DNA of 64,000 nucleotides from Selaginella moellendorffii (lineage: Eukaryota; Plantae; Lycopodiophyta), in contig NW_003314278.1 of the NCBI RefSeq assembly GCF_000143415.4, positions 2,386,373-2,450,372 on the forward strand, read 5' to 3'. The translations under genes were made by a program, and so were the position numbers. Below the pieces are notes generated by a model. It saw nothing but the letters and a program-made list of their open reading frames with translations. It ran no database searches and was not told the DNA's origin. This document shows, piece after piece, positions 59,261 through 64,000 of the stretch; position 1 is the first letter of the stretch; the number at the start of each line of letters is the position of its first letter.

Positions 59261-61000
59261 CTAGCCTTGTGCCGTTGACTTGTTACGTTGACTTGTTACG
59301 TGGATGTTGGACAGCACCAAGTAGGGAGCCGGATCGCGGTCCTCGGCCATTGACTCGACCACGCTCTTCCCACCGGTTGGGTCTCCGTTGACTCCACAAG
59401 CTCCCACCGCCATTGTCAACGCCACGGAGCTCGGCTCAAACGGCATGGCGTGGACCAAGTCCGCGGCTTCCTCGGCTTGCCCAGCCCGACCCAGGAGATC
59501 GATCATGCACAAGTAGTGCTCGCAAGTTGGTGCGATTGAGAAGCTCTGGGCAATGTCTGCAAAGTAACTCAACCCTCGGCTCAAGCTCCCGAGGTGGCTG
59601 CACGCCGCGAGCACACTCGTAAATGTGATATCGTCAGCGCTTACGCCGTCGAGGTTCATGAGGTGGAATAGATCCAGTGCGGATGCGGCATGCCCGTGCT
59701 GTGCATACGCGGCCAGCATCGCGTTCCATGTAACAAAGCCCTTAGCCGGCATCGCGTTGAAGATCTCCCTTGCTTGATCCAGATCCCCGCATTTGCCATA
59801 CATGTTTACCAGGGATGTTGCCACGGTCACGTCCAGGACGGCCACCTTGGTCGTCGCTACCAGGTGGTCGTGGATGGCTTTGCCGACGATCAGAGCCCAG
59901 GACCAGCACGCGCAGGCATTCAGGGCGCTGATGAACGTTATCCTGTTAGGCGCTGGATCGCTTGCCAGATCCATGAGTCGGAAGAGGTGAATGGCCTCCT
60001 CGTTCCCGTGCTGTGCGTATCCCGAGATCATGGAGTTCCACGAGGCCGTGTTCTTGTTTGGAGTGAGATTAAACACCACCTTCGCTTCTTCCAAATGCCC
60101 GTTTGTGGCATATGCGGCAGCCATTGCATTCCAAGATACAACGTTTCTTCTTGGCATTTTATCGAAAGCGTTTCTAGCTTCCTCCAGATACCCAAATTCT
60201 CCAAGCGCGGCTATAATCGTGGTCCACGAGTAGACATCCTTTGAAGGCAGCAACTCAAAAAACAACTTTGCCTCGTCTAGATACCCTGATTGGGCATACA
60301 CTGCAAGCATTGCGTTCCAAGTAATCACATTCTTATGAGGCATTCTGTCAAATGTCTTTTTTGCCGAATCCACTCTACCAAGCTTTCCGTACATGGTGAC
60401 AACTGCAGTGCTGACAATAACAAGATCTTCCATCCCGGATTCAGCCACAAGCCCGTGAACGATCCGGCCTTGCCGGATCGATTCACACGCCTCGAGCGCG
60501 CTGAGGAACGTGAACTGATTTGCGGGGACGCCGTCGAGATCCATGAGCGCGAGAAGCAGTAGCGCTCCATCGTCATGACCGCGCCGGGCATACGCCGCGA
60601 TCAGGATGTTCCACGACACCTCGTCCCTGGCGGGGATTTGATCGAAGACGAGCTTGGCGCGTGGGTAGTCTTCGTTGTGAGCGTACGCCGTGAGCAAGAG
60701 ATTCCATGAGTAGATGTTGCGCTCTTCCATGGAAGTGAAGATCTGGAGGGCCTCGTCCAGGCGCCCACACCGGCCATACATCTGGACGAGGAGATTTTGG
60801 AGGAGAGTGTTCTTGCCATGGCCGTCGCTGAGAATGCGTTCGTGGACAATTCGACCTTGATCCAGCGCCCTGGCGCTGATACACTGGCGGAGGAGATGGG
60901 TCAGTGTGGAGCAATCCGGGCGATTGAGCCGCGCGATCGCCTGAGATAACCGGGAGATTTCGGCATCGCGATTCGATCCATCTGGGCATGAGCATCTCAT
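59261..61000 (-). CDS. PLS-class PPR protein with E domain
   Basis: Canonical P-L-S triplets (LVNMYGKCGDLDQAREIF) and EHYLCMIDLLGRAG. Confidence 0.92.
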   Translation of the reverse strand: MRCSCPDGSNRDAEISRLSQAIARLNRPDCSTLTHLLRQCISARALDQGRIVHERILSDGHGKNTLLQNLLVQMYGRCGRLDEALQIFTSMEERNIYSWNLLLTAYAHNEDYPRAKLVFDQIPARDEVSWNILIAAYARRGHDDGALLLLALMDLDGVPANQFTFLSALEACESIRQGRIVHGLVAESGMEDLVIVSTAVVTMYGKLGRVDSAKKTFDRMPHKNVITWNAMLAVYAQSGYLDEAKLFFELLPSKDVYSWTTIIAALGEFGYLEEARNAFDKMPRRNVVSWNAMAAAYATNGHLEEAKVVFNLTPNKNTASWNSMISGYAQHGNEEAIHLFRLMDLASDPAPNRITFISALNACACWSWALIVGKAIHDHLVATTKVAVLDVTVATSLVNMYGKCGDLDQAREIFNAMPAKGFVTWNAMLAAYAQHGHAASALDLFHLMNLDGVSADDITFTSVLAACSHLGSLSRGLSYFADIAQSFSIAPTCEHYLCMIDLLGRAGQAEEAADLVHAMPFEPSSVALTMAVGACGVNGDPTGGKSVVESMAEDRDPAPYLVLSNIHVTSQRNKSTAQG

Positions 61001-61577
61001 GTAGTAGCTCCTCAAATCAAGTTTCCCTGGACCAGGATTTCTTCGACAGGCTGAGCGGCAACTGACGAGCCTTGAGTGATCGTTCTCGCGAGCGAATTGA
61101 TGAACTGATGATCGATTTCATGACGTTGATTTTCAGATCCAGATATTCCCTCAAAATGTGTGAAATGCATTACATTCGGCAAATTTGCGTTTTCACCAAA
61201 GAGGAACTGAGGGCTTAAATAAACTTACAACAAAAGAAAGGGATTGTGAAGAGAGAGAGATTTATAATCAGGAGGTCGAGTTGCAGCGCTGGACATGTAG
61301 ACCACATGATGTTGTGTCTTGGTCCCCAGTCAAAAGTGGTGGTACGATCGAGGTTGTTTTATGGTTTTTGTCTCATTAGAACATTTCTATTCTATTTTAT
61401 GTTTATAAATTGTAAATATGTTTATAACTCGAGATAAAAATAAATCTTCAAAAATGTTCTGATTAATCTGTGTAATATTAGATGGTTTGCTTAAGCAAAC
61501 AAAAAATATTTAAATGAACTTTGTTTTGGGAGGATTTATTTTGATTTATTTTTTATTTTGTTGAAAATAAACCACAT

Positions 61578-62683
61578 TCATGCAGCAAGAGAAACAAGAA
61601 TTTCTCGCTCCTTAGATGTGCATTTCTGCCTCGAGTGTAACACAGCAGAGTTATCCACCAGGAGAACGTCACCTTTCTCCCATGAGAACACCACCTCTTC
61701 CTCGAGCATTATCTCCACGAGTTCCTCGGCAGTTTCATCCTGAAGCAGTGTTCCATCCTCAAACTTGATTGTCGACTTTGGAAAGTCCTTCTTCTGCATC
61801 TTGTTGAACTCCAGAAACGTTCCAATGCTGGTGAAGATCGCCATCCTTCCAGCGCTATCTTTTTTAAACAATGGCTGTAAGGGCTGGCTCTCGAGAATTG
61901 CTTCGCCTTTGGGGAGCCAAGTTAGAGTCATGTTCTGCTTCATGGCACTGGAACAAGAAAGTTAGGTAGAAAATCACAAGCGTCTCAAAAGAGACGCTTG
62001 TGGGAAGAATTTGCTTACTTGGTCTCGGCGGTCTGCTTGTCCTGGGCCGAGAAATGCATCCTCCAAGCTCTGTTGTTGAGATAGGAGTAGGTTACAACAC
62101 GGCCTTTGTTGAGGAGTTGCTCCGCCAAGTGATTTCTCTCGAGAACTCGCTTGTACACGACGTGTCCTGGTACAATCGGAGTGGCTCCTCTAGTGCCAGG
62201 CTCCGGAGGCTTCGCGGCAAAAAATGCGATCTTTGAAGGGGGTTTCTTGAGCTAAGAACACAAAGAAAGAGCTATTTGATCAAGAGCAAACAAAGAGACC
62301 AAGTTACTCACATAAGCTGCCTCATTGTGGTAACCAACGTACCAATCCAGGGGAAGATCGTTAGCAGTGAGAACCTTTCCATGGACCCTCTTTCGATTGG
62401 CCAGTCCACCTAGCTCCATGTAGTTGTATTCCTCCCATCCAAGGGCATCGATTATGGAGTCAAGCTCCTGCGCTGTCCACACCTCGAAACCTCGCAGCAA
62501 AACCGCGCCACTTTGGATTAGCCATTCTTCCAGCTGCGATCGTTGCTCCTCGATTAGCAGCGCTCTAGCGAGGGCTCCAGCGTCCTTGGAAGATTCGTGG
62601 GCCGGAGCGAGGACGAGCGGAAATGGGGATCCATCGTCGAGCTTCTTTTGGAAAGAGAAGGATAATTGTGAAAAGGACGACAT
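61578..62683 (-). CDS. Clavaminate synthase-like Fe/2OG dioxygenase (TauD family), 3 exons
   Basis: GAVLLRGF, HNE iron-binding motif and WEKGDVLLVDNSAVLHSR. Confidence 0.88.
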
Positions 62684-63169
62684 TGAGCTGCCCGAGGGAT
62701 TAAACGGAAATGACGATGGCTAGGTAACAACTGTTATTTATTCCTATTTGAATATACTTTGGATATTCTAAATTGTTGATATATCTAATTTAATCTAGTG
62801 TTTATAAATAATTTGCAATACTTTGCAGTAGGGACAAGATGATTTTTTAAAATAATATCTTAAATAGTATATAACAATTTTGTTATTTTTGTTGGTTCTG
62901 ATACTAATAATACAAGTCAATAAGTGATAAGAGTTTTCTTTGAGACTAACAGAAAATAATAAAGAAACTTTCAATAATTATAGTAATTTCCTAATAGAGG
63001 TTTTAGTTCAAAATTCAACAGCCATTAGCATAGAAAATATACTTATCTAGGTGTATTATGGATGCATTTTGATTGTGGCATGCTGATTTTACATCTCTAA
63101 ATAAAGTAACGGATATATAAATTATGGATTAAACTAATTAGTCTTAAAACCTATATATTTGAAAAACAA

Positions 63170-63421
63170 GCACACACACACACACACATATATATATATA
63201 CATATATACATATACATATATATATACACATACATACATACACATATACATACATATATATACATACACATATATATATACATAGATATATATATATACA
63301 CATACATACATACACATATACATACATATACATATACATACACATATATATATACATAGAGATACATATATACATATATATACATACATATACACACATA
63401 TATATATATACACATATATAT

Positions 63422-63510
<89 letters not shown>

Positions 63511-63935
63511 TATACATGTATATACATGTATACACACATATATATACACATACATATATACATATATACACATACATATATACATACATATATACATATA
63601 CATATATATACATATATACATATATATACATATATACATATATATACATATATACATATATATACATATATACACATACATATATACATATATACATATA
63701 TACACATACATATATATACATACATACATACATATACATACATACATACATATACATACATACATATACATACATACATACATATACATACATACATATA
63801 TATATATATACATACATACATATATATACATACATACATACATATACATACATACATATATATATATATACATACATACATATATATACATACATACATA
63901 CATATACATACATACATATACATACATACATACAT

Positions 63936-64000
<65 letters not shown>
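63170..64000 (+). repeat. Long compound (TA)/(CA)/(TACA) microsatellite
   Basis: Direct reading; it runs to the window edge. Confidence 0.97.

Noticed and set aside
63134-63949. 260-270 aa ORFs (MYVCIC...)
   Set aside because: Translation artefacts of the TA/CA microsatellite.

Overview
Land-plant nuclear DNA. The short introns, very tight gene spacing and many intronless PLS-class PPR genes suggest the lycophyte Selaginella, but this is an inference. Bases 1-14 kb are a nested retrotransposon island: a near-complete Ty3/gypsy element with a -1 frameshift site and pseudoknot, a heavily decayed inverted copy of the same family, several Cassandra-type TRIMs with 5S rRNA-derived LTRs, and two insertions of a third LTR family. 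A foldback element follows at about 14.2-15.0 kb. Bases 18-50 kb are a dense gene block: CC-type glutaredoxin (ROXY), WDR4/TRM82, calmodulin, a TBC RabGAP, PPRs, INTS7/DSP1, a membrane protein, PIG-X, a B3/REM gene, PAK1IP1/MAK11, a SHORT-ROOT-like GRAS gene, SnRK1 gamma/KING1, exosome MTR3 and a receptor-like kinase. The block ends with an intact stand-alone Gag-capsid-derived ORF with no pol and no LTRs, a candidate domesticated capsid gene and the most interesting feature. Bases 50-57 kb are a mosaic of gene fragments. The window ends with two more PPRs, a clavaminate-synthase-like dioxygenase and a long TA/CA microsatellite. All family calls come from motif recognition, not database searches.
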